Shown: positions 40,829 through 50,550, numbered from the stretch's first letter. The stretch: DNA of 64,000 bases from Candidatus Latescibacterota bacterium (GCA_965222605.1 OZ244960.1:2528001-2592000); one strand, 5' to 3'. Numbers and translations: made by a program. The notes: generated by a model not told the origin, from the letters alone.

Positions 40829-41698
40829 GTGAAAATGGACATCCAAAACATGGAACCACAAAACCCAAAAAACATGCAAGAACGCACGCCTGAAACCATA
40901 CGCGATGAAGATACCGAAGAAGAACTCATCGCGGAAGAAACCCTTGAAGAAACACAACCTCTGCCCGAGGATCGGCTAACCCTGCGGAAACCGCTCGGCA
41001 TATTATTTGACCTGGGCGACACCCTCTTAACATACCTCAAATTCGACCCAGAAGCCGGGCATGCAGCCACACTAAAAATCGCCAACAATCCATTGGGTTA
41101 CACAGTCGCAGACATTGACAACCACATAAAAAAACTCAACCGCGACCTCATACCCCGCCGCGAAAAAGCACAGGTAGAATTTCATCCCCACATCATCCAG
41201 CGCCACGTTTACGAAGCCCTGCGCATCACCTTTGACCGCACCCCTGAAGAAGTCGAACGCGTATTCTGGCGTGCCGCAACATCGTGGCAACCCGAACCCG
41301 GTGTGGAAAACACCCTCGAAATATTGCAAGACAAAAACATACCAATGGGCATCGTCAGCAACGCCGCATTTTGCGGCAACACATTGATGTGGGAAATCGA
41401 ACAACAGGGACTCGCGGACTACTTCCGCTTCCTCATGTCCAGCGCCGACTATTGGGTTCGCAAACCCCACCCCCTCCTATTGGAAACAGCCGCCGCCAAA
41501 CTCGGGATCAAACCCGCCGATATATGGTATGTAGGCAACTCGCCGCAATACGATATAGCAGCCGCGCACAACGCCGGCATGGGCGCCGTATGGTACAACC
41601 GTCTGGACGCCCCTCTCGATGGACCCGACCCCCATGTCGAAGTCAAAAACTGGCGCGAATTTTTAGAGTTAGTTGAAGGCTTTTATTTAAAAATATAA
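40829..41698 (+). CDS. HAD family hydrolase with acidic N-terminal extension
   Basis: FDLGDTL, IVSN, KP and VGNS..YDI. Confidence 0.88.
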   Translation: MKMDIQNMEPQNPKNMQERTPETIRDEDTEEELIAEETLEETQPLPEDRLTLRKPLGILFDLGDTLLTYLKFDPEAGHAATLKIANNPLGYTVADIDNHIKKLNRDLIPRREKAQVEFHPHIIQRHVYEALRITFDRTPEEVERVFWRAATSWQPEPGVENTLEILQDKNIPMGIVSNAAFCGNTLMWEIEQQGLADYFRFLMSSADYWVRKPHPLLLETAAAKLGIKPADIWYVGNSPQYDIAAAHNAGMGAVWYNRLDAPLDGPDPHVEVKNWREFLELVEGFYLKI

Positions 41699-41711
41699 AA
41701 GGAGAACCACG

Positions 41712-42947
41712 ATGTCCGATTTTTCAATCGCAAAAGCTGTTCACAACGCATTTCAAAACCACGCCATAGTCGATATACACACCCATCTCTATCCCGCCTC
41801 CATGGGCGAACTCTACCTGGCGGGACCCGACGAACTCCTCACCTATCACTACCTCAAAGCCGAATGCTCGCGCATGTTGCCCGAAGGCGTCGCAGTTGAT
41901 ACATTTAACAACATGCCCACAACCGAACAGGCCGACATGATCTGGCAACAACTCTTTGTAGGCAACAGCTCCCCAATATCCGAAGCCCAACTGGGCATCG
42001 TCACAGTTATGAACCGCCTGGGCCTGAATCCCCGTGCAGAAAACCTGTCCGAATTTCGCGCATTCCACAAATCAAAAACACCCGAAGAATACACCGACAT
42101 GGTCTTTGAAAACGCAGGCGTCGCCAGTGTCTATATGACCAACGATCCCCTCGACGACACCGAAGGCCCCATGTGGCAACAAGGCATCGACATCGACTCG
42201 CGCTTCAGAGCTGTCTTGCGCCTGGACAGCGCGCTCATGAACTGGCCCGCGCCCGCCGACAAACTTCGCGCCATGGGATACGACGTTGAAGACTGCCTAT
42301 CCGACAAAACCTTTGCGGAACTGCGGCGCTACCTCGCCGACTGGGTTCAAAAAATGGACGCCCGATACATGGCCATATCGCTCCCCCCGGACTTTGCCTA
42401 TCCATCTGAAGACAGCATAACACAAATGATGGGCAACGTCGTATATCCCACAGCCAATGAACTACAGATCCCCTCGGCAATGATGATCGGCGTCACCCGC
42501 CAGGTCAACCCACGCCTCAAAGACGGTGGCGACAGCCTGGGCAAATGGGACATCGCCAACCTCGAACGCATCGCACGCGACTGGCCCGACGTCAATTTCC
42601 TCATCACACTGCTCTCCCGCGAAAACCAGCACGAACTCTGCGTCACCGGACGCAAATTCCCCAACGTACACCCCTTTGGCTGCTGGTGGTTCTTGAACAA
42701 CCCCAGCATCATCCGGGAAATAACAGCCGAACGCCTCGAACTCCTCGGCACCAGCTTTGTACCCCAGCACTCCGACGCCCGCATCCTGGACCAACTGCTC
42801 TACAAATGGACGCACTCCATCAAAGTCATAGCACCCGTCTTCATCGACAAATACGAATCGCTTCGCGCCGCGGGCTGGCCCCTCACCCCGGCGGACATCC
42901 AGCGCGACATCTCCACCATGTTCGGCGGAGGCAAATTGCTGGACTAA
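41712..42947 (+). CDS. uxaC: Uronate (glucuronate) isomerase, divergent type
   Basis: DIHTH, LLTYHYL, MTNDP, FGCWWFLNNP and QHSDAR. Confidence 0.85.
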   Translation: MSDFSIAKAVHNAFQNHAIVDIHTHLYPASMGELYLAGPDELLTYHYLKAECSRMLPEGVAVDTFNNMPTTEQADMIWQQLFVGNSSPISEAQLGIVTVMNRLGLNPRAENLSEFRAFHKSKTPEEYTDMVFENAGVASVYMTNDPLDDTEGPMWQQGIDIDSRFRAVLRLDSALMNWPAPADKLRAMGYDVEDCLSDKTFAELRRYLADWVQKMDARYMAISLPPDFAYPSEDSITQMMGNVVYPTANELQIPSAMMIGVTRQVNPRLKDGGDSLGKWDIANLERIARDWPDVNFLITLLSRENQHELCVTGRKFPNVHPFGCWWFLNNPSIIREITAERLELLGTSFVPQHSDARILDQLLYKWTHSIKVIAPVFIDKYESLRAAGWPLTPADIQRDISTMFGGGKLLD

Positions 42948-43002
42948 TAACAACCAAAACCTTCTGGATCGCGGCTCTATTAACAGGGTTGTGATGCATA
43001 AA

Positions 43003-43518
43003 ATGACAACCAAAATCTTCTGGATCGCGGTCGCACTCCTTCTCTTCTCCGGAACGGGGTTGTGTACGCCGTATAAAATCTATATCTTTATGGGTGAAAC
43101 CTGTCCGGTCTCGCGGCATTACACCTTAACGCTAAAACAATTGCACGCGCAGTACGCATCTGAAAAACTCGAATTCATCGGCGTATTCCCCAATCGACTC
43201 TCCACGCCAGCCACAATTGCCGCGTTCAAAGAAAAATACGCCTTGCCATTCTCTTGCATCGGAGATTCCACCCACACATGGGTGAACCGATTGGGAGCAA
43301 CAATCACGCCAGAAGCTGTCGTCGTCGATACATCAAACACCGCCATCTATCGGGGTCGCATTGACAACACCTTTGCGCGCCTGGGCAAAAGACGCCGCGT
43401 CATCACCGAACGCGATCTCGCGAATGTACTGAACGCCCTCAAGGACGAAAAACCCCCGGCATTTCGCCAAACCCAGGCCATTGGTTGCATCATAACCTCA
43501 TGGCAAAATGCGAAATAG
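43003..43518 (+). CDS. Secreted redoxin (thioredoxin-fold) protein
   Basis: Signal peptide, CPVS, GAT.TPE, YRGRID and IGC. Confidence 0.82.
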   Translation: MTTKIFWIAVALLLFSGTGLCTPYKIYIFMGETCPVSRHYTLTLKQLHAQYASEKLEFIGVFPNRLSTPATIAAFKEKYALPFSCIGDSTHTWVNRLGATITPEAVVVDTSNTAIYRGRIDNTFARLGKRRRVITERDLANVLNALKDEKPPAFRQTQAIGCIITSWQNAK

Positions 43519-43528
43519 GAATAAAGCC

Positions 43529-45073
43529 ATGCGCCCAATTTTCCTCTCCATACTCGCGATCCTCCTCGCCTTTGCTTCGCTGCGCGCGGAACCCCCCACC
43601 TTTAGCAAACACGTCTCGCAAATCATATACAACAACTGCACATCGTGTCATCGAGACGGTGAAATAGGGCCTATGCCCCTTACAAATTACAGCGAAATCG
43701 CGGCTTATGCAGACATGATCAAATACGTCACAGAAACCCAATACATGCCACCGTGGAAACCCGATTACAATTACAGCCAGCACATTGGCGCAAGAACACT
43801 CACCAAAACAGAAATTAACACAATCTCAAATTGGGTCAACGCGGGCTTTCCCCAGGGCGATATCGCCCTTGAAGCACCCATGCCGGAATTTCCAACAGGC
43901 TCTGTACTCGGCACACCCGACCTCGTACTCACCATGACAGAACCCTTTACCATCCGCGGCAATAATGAGGACCAGTACCAGGTATTTGTCATCCCAACCC
44001 ATCTCACAGAAGATCGGGAAATCGAAGCCATTGAATTTCGCCCCGGCAATCGCAGAATCGTTCACCACGCCCTCATCGGCGCAGACATCACGGGCCGCGC
44101 CCGCGAAAAAGACCTCGAAACCCCGGAATACGGTTACGAATCCTTCGGGGCTTTCGGCGCGCCAACCGCTATGGTCCTGCCCGGATATACACCCGGTGCA
44201 AAACCCTCGGTATATCCCAAAGGCGTTGGACACATATTGCCCAAAAACTCCGATTTACTGATTCAGGTACACTATGCCCCCTGGCCCCTTGCAGAATCCG
44301 ACCAATCCAGCATCAACATATTCTTCAAAAAAGAACCCATCGAGAGAGAAGTGGGTTTTATCAGCATGGCACCGCTCACCACTGACGGTGAAACGTTGAG
44401 CAGAATACTCAGGGTCCTGCTCGGGGAAGAGCGACACGGCGGCACCCCCGTAGAAAAAATCCAAATAAACGACATCTTTGTCATCCCGAAAGATCAGATC
44501 AAAACATTTCACACAACACTCTTCATCAATCGGGATATCAGCCTCCTATCCATCTACCCGCACATGCACTTGCTGGGCAAATCCTGGGAAGTCTATGCCA
44601 CGGATCCACAGGGCAACCGCACCAATCTCATCCGTATTGCAGACTGGGATTTCAACTGGCAGGGCAATTACACCTTCACCCAATATCAAAAAATAGCTGC
44701 GGGATCCCAAATCCACGCCATTACCACCTACGACAACACCTCAAATAACCCGGTCAATCCCAATCACCCACCCCGCACCTTGACATGGGGCGAAAAAACC
44801 ACCGATGAAATGCTCTTACTGGTCATGGAATACATACCCTACCGACAAGGCGATGAAAACATCGCCCTCACCGTTGGCCGGGGCGGCGAAATGAGCATAG
44901 ATTTCAATGGCAATGGACAACGGGACTTTGCCGACTTCCTCTTATTCGTCCAGAACTTTGGCCTGAACCGAGGCGACACCAGCTATCAACGTCACTTTGA
45001 CCTCAACTCGGATGGACACATCAACTTTACCGACTTTATCATCTTTGCCAATCTATTTGCAGCGGAACAATAA
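43529..45073 (+). CDS. Secreted heme-c / copper type II monooxygenase (PHM/DBH-like) with EF-hand/dockerin-like tail
   Basis: Signal peptide, CTSCH, VHH, QVHY, PHMH, WDFNWQ, TDEM, and DFNGNG/DLNSDG repeats. Confidence 0.8.
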   Translation: MRPIFLSILAILLAFASLRAEPPTFSKHVSQIIYNNCTSCHRDGEIGPMPLTNYSEIAAYADMIKYVTETQYMPPWKPDYNYSQHIGARTLTKTEINTISNWVNAGFPQGDIALEAPMPEFPTGSVLGTPDLVLTMTEPFTIRGNNEDQYQVFVIPTHLTEDREIEAIEFRPGNRRIVHHALIGADITGRAREKDLETPEYGYESFGAFGAPTAMVLPGYTPGAKPSVYPKGVGHILPKNSDLLIQVHYAPWPLAESDQSSINIFFKKEPIEREVGFISMAPLTTDGETLSRILRVLLGEERHGGTPVEKIQINDIFVIPKDQIKTFHTTLFINRDISLLSIYPHMHLLGKSWEVYATDPQGNRTNLIRIADWDFNWQGNYTFTQYQKIAAGSQIHAITTYDNTSNNPVNPNHPPRTLTWGEKTTDEMLLLVMEYIPYRQGDENIALTVGRGGEMSIDFNGNGQRDFADFLLFVQNFGLNRGDTSYQRHFDLNSDGHINFTDFIIFANLFAAEQ

Positions 45074-45110
45074 AAAAGGCTCCTGAAGATCACATCTCCA
45101 GGAGCCTTTA
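45073..45110. terminator. Terminator between convergent operons
   Basis: AAAGGCTCCTG...CAGGAGCCTTT with a flanking A-tract. Confidence 0.75.
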
Positions 45111-45130
45111 CACGCCACAAACTTCTTCCC

Positions 45131-46024
45131 CTAATCCTTATCCAAACTCACAACCCCATCCTCTCCCACCTCCAAATGCATCTCACTCGACCTCGTATTT
45201 GAATACGGCCCGTACATCACCGCGCGTTGTTCCCCGGTCATCCCCTCCACAATCTCTTTATCCCAATAAATCTCGGGCGGCGAAACCGGTTGCGAAGCGC
45301 CCGATCTCGTGGCCGTGCGCGATGCGTACTTAATCAAAATGGACCGACGTTCAAAATCGGCCGTCCACGGATGCGTACCGTGTGTTTGCGCGCCATCCAT
45401 AAAAAACAGCACATCGCCCGGATTCAAATCCGGCTCAGCCACCACGTCCATCTCATCTTCTTGCGACCGCACCCCGGCTGGCATCGAGTACTTTGACTTA
45501 TGTGACCCCGGCACACATGCAAAGCCCCCCGATCCAGTTGGCGACTCCCCCAATTGAAACGTAACCGTCACACCGCCGACATACGCCTTGCCATTCTGGT
45601 GGTGATACGCGACCGCTTCTCGATACGGTTCACCAGCACCGTGCAAAGACCCACCTGAAGTACCATTGATCCCACCGATAAACTGAGGCCCGTGATCCAG
45701 CCGAAAACCAATACCGCACATCACATTCAGCTGCGACACAATCTCGGGAAACGCAATCATCTTGCGAAACGGCTCGCAATGCGGCGCGGGCAAAGTCAAC
45801 AAAAACGGATAACTATTGGTCGTACGGGTCAAAATACCATCTTCTATCCTCGGACGCGTGCGCTCGCGCAACAACTCGACCTCGGCACACTCATCATCGC
45901 TTTGCACCACCTCACCGAGATAATCAATCGCCTCATTCGCCGCCTTGACATCCTCTTGTGGAAATACACCGCGCAAAACCAGATACCCGGTCAAATCCCA
46001 GTAATAGCGTTCTCTTGCGTTCAT
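45131..46024 (-). CDS. PhyH-like Fe(II)/2OG enzyme with HxA motif
   Basis: YWDLTGY, RLDHG, SLHGAG, VPGSHK, QTHGT and RRS. Confidence 0.85.
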   Translation of the reverse strand: MNARERYYWDLTGYLVLRGVFPQEDVKAANEAIDYLGEVVQSDDECAEVELLRERTRPRIEDGILTRTTNSYPFLLTLPAPHCEPFRKMIAFPEIVSQLNVMCGIGFRLDHGPQFIGGINGTSGGSLHGAGEPYREAVAYHHQNGKAYVGGVTVTFQLGESPTGSGGFACVPGSHKSKYSMPAGVRSQEDEMDVVAEPDLNPGDVLFFMDGAQTHGTHPWTADFERRSILIKYASRTATRSGASQPVSPPEIYWDKEIVEGMTGEQRAVMYGPYSNTRSSEMHLEVGEDGVVSLDKD

Positions 46025-46043
46025 TGTTTGCTCCTTAAACCTA

Positions 46044-46127
46044 CTGGATCGCGGCTTGAACCCTGCCGCGATGACGGGAGCCTGCCCCGTAGTGACTCTA
46101 TACGGGGGCACAGAAACCGTCCCCTAC
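46044..46127. repeat. Palindromic REP plus GTAG REP
   Basis: CTGGATCGCGGCTTGAACCCTGCCGCGATGAC and ACGGGGGCACAGAAACCGTCCCCTAC. Confidence 0.75.
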
Positions 46128-47002
46128 TTCACAACCCGCGTTGTTTCGCCATCGGAATCCAGCAAAGGCAACCGACCGCTGTGATGGACGCCGGGACCGT
46201 ACAAAACAGCTTGTTGTTCCGGTGTCAATTCACTGACCCAATCCCCATAGCGATCCTGGGGCGTAAAATACTTGCCCACAGCGCGCGCCGCTGCGCGAGA
46301 AGCGTACTTGTAAAGTACAGAACGTCGCTCACCCTCGCCGCGCCACGGCAGCGTACCATGCGTCATCGTCTCCGCAAAAAAGAGCACATCGCCAGCTTGC
46401 ATCACAGGTTGATAGACCAGCCCCATATCGTCCTCTGCAGAACGCACCTCAGCGGGTGTTGGCTCAGCCGTCTTATGGCTCCCCGGCACACAGGCAAAAC
46501 CACCATCGCCCTCGTTGACATCTGTCAGTTGCCATGCCACGGTAATACCGCGACAGAAAATCTTCCCATTCTGCTGGTGATACCACACCGACTGGCTAAA
46601 CGGTTCGCCGCCGCCGTGCAATTGATGACCCTCCGCGCCTTTGAGCGCGCTAATCAACAGCGGCCCGTGATCCATGCGAAACCCCTTGCCGCTAAACTCA
46701 TTCAAACGACTCACCACAACCGGATGAACGAGCAATTTCCGAAACGGCTCGCGATAGGGTTCGGGCCAACCCAACATACCCGTAAGCTCGCGCCTGCCCT
46801 CTTTGCCAACAAGCGCGGACGAACCCCGCGCCAGCCCGCCATTTTCGATGGATCGCGTCCTGATTTCATCCCCATAGTGATCAATCACATCATTACACGT
46901 TTTAACCTCATCTGCAGACAATGCCCCCCGCACGACCAGATAACCGCGCAGGTCAAAAAAGTACTTCTCCTCTTCGCTCACTGTATAAAGATTGTTGCCC
47001 AT
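46124..47002 (-). CDS. PhyH-like Fe(II)/2OG enzyme with HxG motif
   Basis: FFDLRGY, RMDHG, QLHGGG, VPGSHK, MTHGT and RRS. Confidence 0.85.
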   Translation of the reverse strand: MGNNLYTVSEEEKYFFDLRGYLVVRGALSADEVKTCNDVIDHYGDEIRTRSIENGGLARGSSALVGKEGRRELTGMLGWPEPYREPFRKLLVHPVVVSRLNEFSGKGFRMDHGPLLISALKGAEGHQLHGGGEPFSQSVWYHQQNGKIFCRGITVAWQLTDVNEGDGGFACVPGSHKTAEPTPAEVRSAEDDMGLVYQPVMQAGDVLFFAETMTHGTLPWRGEGERRSVLYKYASRAAARAVGKYFTPQDRYGDWVSELTPEQQAVLYGPGVHHSGRLPLLDSDGETTRVVK

Positions 47003-47044
47003 GGTGAAACTCTCCTGTTAGTTGCCTAAATTCAGTTAAAAGCA

Positions 47045-47902
47045 CTACGCCTCTATTCGCACGCTCCCATCCTCACAGACCTCCAGAGATGGCACGCGGC
47101 CTTTGTGATTGGAATAAGGACCATACATAACCGACAATTGCTCGGGCGTCATATCCTCGACAATTTCTCGATCCCAATAAATCTCCGGTGGTGACACCTC
47201 ATGCGCAAGACCGCTCCGCGCACATGTGCGAGCTGCGTATTTGAACAAAATTGACCGCCGCGTTGTATCCAACTTCCACGGTGTTGCCCCGTGTGCTTGC
47301 GCGCTATCCATAAAAAAGATGACATCGCCGGCTTCCACCACAGGCTGTTTGATCAAATCCATGTCATCGTCTCCTGTATGCACGCCTTTTGGCATGGGAA
47401 ACATCGCCTTGTGACTGGATGGCACACATGCAAATCCACCCAGGCCCTCTTTGCAATCGTGCAATTGCCACGCCACCGTTACACCGCCAACCCACGGCTT
47501 GCCATTCTGATGGTGATAGGCGACATGCGGCCGATGCGGATCGCCATTTCCATGCATCGTATGGCCCGACGTACCCTTATTGCTCACGATAAACATCGGA
47601 CCGTGATCGAGCCGAAATCCTTTGTCGCACATCACATTGAGATATTTTACCAGCACCGGATGTGCCAGCATCTCCCGAAAAGGATCGCAGTCAGGCTTTG
47701 GAAATTCGAGAATACCGGGCAACATAGGACGCCCCGTACCGGCAAAAACAACCGACTCCCTCGCCTTTGAATCGCCAACCTCAACCCGGTCCCAATAGCG
47801 ATCCACAATATCATTGGCTCGCGCAACCTCCTCTTTTGACAACACGCCTTTCACGACGAGGTATCCTGTCAAATCCCAGAAATATCGCTCGCGCGCATCC
47901 AT
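47045..47902 (-). CDS. PhyH-like Fe(II)/2OG enzyme with HxN motif (tandem copy A)
   Basis: RLDHG, TMHGNG, VPSSHK, QAHGA and RRS. Confidence 0.85.
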   Translation of the reverse strand: MDARERYFWDLTGYLVVKGVLSKEEVARANDIVDRYWDRVEVGDSKARESVVFAGTGRPMLPGILEFPKPDCDPFREMLAHPVLVKYLNVMCDKGFRLDHGPMFIVSNKGTSGHTMHGNGDPHRPHVAYHHQNGKPWVGGVTVAWQLHDCKEGLGGFACVPSSHKAMFPMPKGVHTGDDDMDLIKQPVVEAGDVIFFMDSAQAHGATPWKLDTTRRSILFKYAARTCARSGLAHEVSPPEIYWDREIVEDMTPEQLSVMYGPYSNHKGRVPSLEVCEDGSVRIEA

Positions 47903-47924
47903 AAGGCTTCTCCTTTCCCTAATC

Positions 47925-48782
47925 CTACGCCTCTATCCGCACGCTTCCATCTTCACAGACCTCCAGAGATGGCACGCGGCCTCTGTGATTGGAATAAGGA
48001 CCATACATAACCGACAATTGCTCGGGCGTCATATCCTCGACAATTTCTCGATCCCAATAAATCTCCGGCGGCGATACCTCCTGCGAAGGACCTCCGCGCG
48101 CACATGTGCGACCAGTGTATTTGAACAAAATGGACCGCCGCGTTGTATCCAATTTCCACGGTGTTGCCCCGTGTGATTGCGCGCTATCCATAAAAAAGAC
48201 AACATCGCCAGCTTCCACCACGGGCTGTTTGATCAAATCCATGTCATCGTCTCCTGTACGCACGCCTTTTGGCATGGGAAACATCGCTTTGTGGCTGGAT
48301 GGCACACAGGCAAACCCACCCATGCCCTCTTTGCAATCGTGCAATTGCCACGCCACCGTTACACCACCCACCCAAGTCTTGCCATTTTGATGGTGATACG
48401 CGACATGCGGCCGATGCGGATCGCCATTTCCATGCATCGTATGGCCTGCCGTACCCTTATTGCTCACAATAAACATCGGACCGTGGTCGAGCCGAAATCC
48501 TTTATCGCACATCACATTGAGATACTTCACCAGCACCGGATGTGCCAGCATCTCTCGGAAAGGTTCGCAGTCCGGTTTTGGAAACTCGAGAATACCGGGC
48601 AACATAGGACGCCCCGTACCGGCAAAAACAACCGACTCCCTCGCCGTAGAACCCCCAACCTGAACCCGGTCCCAGTAGCGATCCACAATATCATTGGTTC
48701 GCGCAACTTCCTCTTTTGACAACACGCCTTTCACGACGAGGTATCCCGTTAAATCCCAGAAATATCGCTCGCGCGCATCCAT
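47925..48782 (-). CDS. PhyH-like Fe(II)/2OG enzyme with HxN motif (tandem copy B)
   Basis: Near-identical to 47045-47902 at an 880 bp period. Confidence 0.85.
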   Translation of the reverse strand: MDARERYFWDLTGYLVVKGVLSKEEVARTNDIVDRYWDRVQVGGSTARESVVFAGTGRPMLPGILEFPKPDCEPFREMLAHPVLVKYLNVMCDKGFRLDHGPMFIVSNKGTAGHTMHGNGDPHRPHVAYHHQNGKTWVGGVTVAWQLHDCKEGMGGFACVPSSHKAMFPMPKGVRTGDDDMDLIKQPVVEAGDVVFFMDSAQSHGATPWKLDTTRRSILFKYTGRTCARGGPSQEVSPPEIYWDREIVEDMTPEQLSVMYGPYSNHRGRVPSLEVCEDGSVRIEA

Positions 48783-48935
48783 AAGGCTTCTCCTTTTGAG
48801 ACAGGTGAATATTTTTTAACATAAGTATAAATGAACCTAAAATTTCCAAAAGTCAATTTTTTTCGACAGGGCACAGGTTATTGACTCTTAAATAAATAAA
48901 CTGTATTTTGATTGAAATAACAGGAGCATAACAAC

Positions 48936-49172
48936 TTGTCTTACTCATTGATCATTGAAGCCACAGAAGAACCGGATTTTTTTGGCTTTTACTCTCCAGA
49001 ACTCGAAGGTTTTACAGGTATTGGACATTCCATTGAAGATTGCATGTTCAAAGCAAAATGGGGAATGGAAGAACATATTGAACTTTTGAAAGAACAGGGA
49101 CTTCCGGTACCCGATAGAAACCCCAATCCGAATATCCTAATTCAAAACCAACAGATAATTTCTACCGTATAG
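48936..49172 (+). CDS. HicB-like antitoxin (orphan)
   Basis: Y.LIIE...YSPELEG...G.SIED...G.PVP; AGGAG RBS and TTG start. Confidence 0.75.
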   Translation: MSYSLIIEATEEPDFFGFYSPELEGFTGIGHSIEDCMFKAKWGMEEHIELLKEQGLPVPDRNPNPNILIQNQQIISTV

Positions 49173-49617
49173 ATCCCTTTCCCCTCACCCGTAACCCGAC
49201 AACACACGGCTGATCTTTATCGCCAAACGGATTGAGCAAATCGGTATTGAACCCACTCCAGACACTCGATTTTTCCATCTTTCCACCACTCCGTTCACCC
49301 GTCAAAACCGCCATCCAATCCACCGCTATTGGCGTCCCATTGCGCACATCGGGGTTCTCATTTGCTATGCACAGCACGCGCCACTCAGCCCCATCCAGAC
49401 CCGAAAGCTCAGACCGAGAATACCCCCACCAAGCATCTTCTACACTCGGACTAAAACGGACAACCCACTTATCGCCATCAAAAAAACCGGGCACCTCAAT
49501 CGCCTCGCCCCGCTCGTGCATAAAAGTTGCCGTCACTTCCACTGCAAATGGATTCTTATCACCCGCATCTGCATACAATTCAAAATCGCACACCGCATAT
49601 TTCTGCACTTCTACCAT
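49162..49617 (-). pseudogene. DUF5060-type protein with the central (catalytic) region apparently deleted
   Basis: NPF.VEV.ATF...GFFDG..W.VRFSP...W N-terminal domain joined directly to a short C-terminal-like tail. Confidence 0.55.
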
Positions 49618-49740
49618 CGACCAAATCCTTTATTTATACGACTTGATTACATAATACAATAACACACCGAGCACAATAATCACAACGCCGATCCAGATCA
49701 GTGCCCAAAACTGAACATCCATCCGGTAGCCCTCCGCCTG

Positions 49741-50550
49741 TTATTCGCCATCCTCAATCGACACATCTCGTACATCATCTGTCCAATCGACCCAGATATC
49801 ATCTCCCGGGGGTTTTTCCTGAAGCTGGGGCATATCGTTCAGCTTGAAATCGTACAACACCGCCTTTCGAATCTGCCGCGAAAAATTTTGCGACGCCATA
49901 TGCCCAATGCGGTGATGCCAAAAAACAATATCGCCGGGTTCTCCATGCGTCTGATATGAATTTTCCTCGCAAGACTGAAACGCTTCTCTATGCGCCTCCA
50001 TCTGGGGCAGTGGCTCCCTGAGATAGCGCGTCTGGTAATCGAAGAAAAACGTGCGATGGCTCCTGGGCCATATCGTGAAACCGCCACCATCTTCGGGAAC
50101 ATGGTCGATATAGCCTACAACTGCAAAATTGAACGCATGGGCATCCACATGCAAATGCCGCGGTTGGCGCTCCACATCGCCATAGGGCAACGTGCAATAA
50201 ATACCGCGCACACCACTGGGCTCGGGAAAATTCCCCTTGCCCAGCATCTGCTCCGCAGCACCCCACACAACTGGATTTTTTGCCAACAAATCAACCATCC
50301 AGGGTTCTCTACCCACCTTGCGGTATTGCCAGCGATAACCGCGCTTGTAATTGCTGCTATCCATTGATTCCTCTTCCGGCTTAATGGGACCGACCCACGA
50401 ATCCGGATCATCTTTTTTTAGACTCGGCGGCGGATCGTCCCACAGGCGTTCTCGCGCACGGGCGCACAACTCGGGGTCCAGAGCGCCCTTCTTCACCAGA
50501 TAGCCTTCGCGTTTAAAAAAACGGATCTCGTCTTCTGTAAGCACAGACAT
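49741..50550 (-). CDS. PhyH-family dioxygenase, canonical HxD
   Basis: FFKREGY, LHVD, GGF..WPRSH and GD..FWH...GH. Confidence 0.85.
   Translation of the reverse strand: MSVLTEDEIRFFKREGYLVKKGALDPELCARARERLWDDPPPSLKKDDPDSWVGPIKPEEESMDSSNYKRGYRWQYRKVGREPWMVDLLAKNPVVWGAAEQMLGKGNFPEPSGVRGIYCTLPYGDVERQPRHLHVDAHAFNFAVVGYIDHVPEDGGGFTIWPRSHRTFFFDYQTRYLREPLPQMEAHREAFQSCEENSYQTHGEPGDIVFWHHRIGHMASQNFSRQIRKAVLYDFKLNDMPQLQEKPPGDDIWVDWTDDVRDVSIEDGE

Noticed and set aside
46025-46111. N-terminal extension of the PhyH ORF given in the track
   Set aside because: It is translated REP sequence; the ATG at 46024 has an AAGGAG RBS and aligns with the paralogue starts
45692-47029. 445 aa plus-strand ORF across two PhyH genes
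   Set aside because: Antisense shadow produced by codon bias; the same applies to 59391-60635, 54584-55609 and 33476-34546
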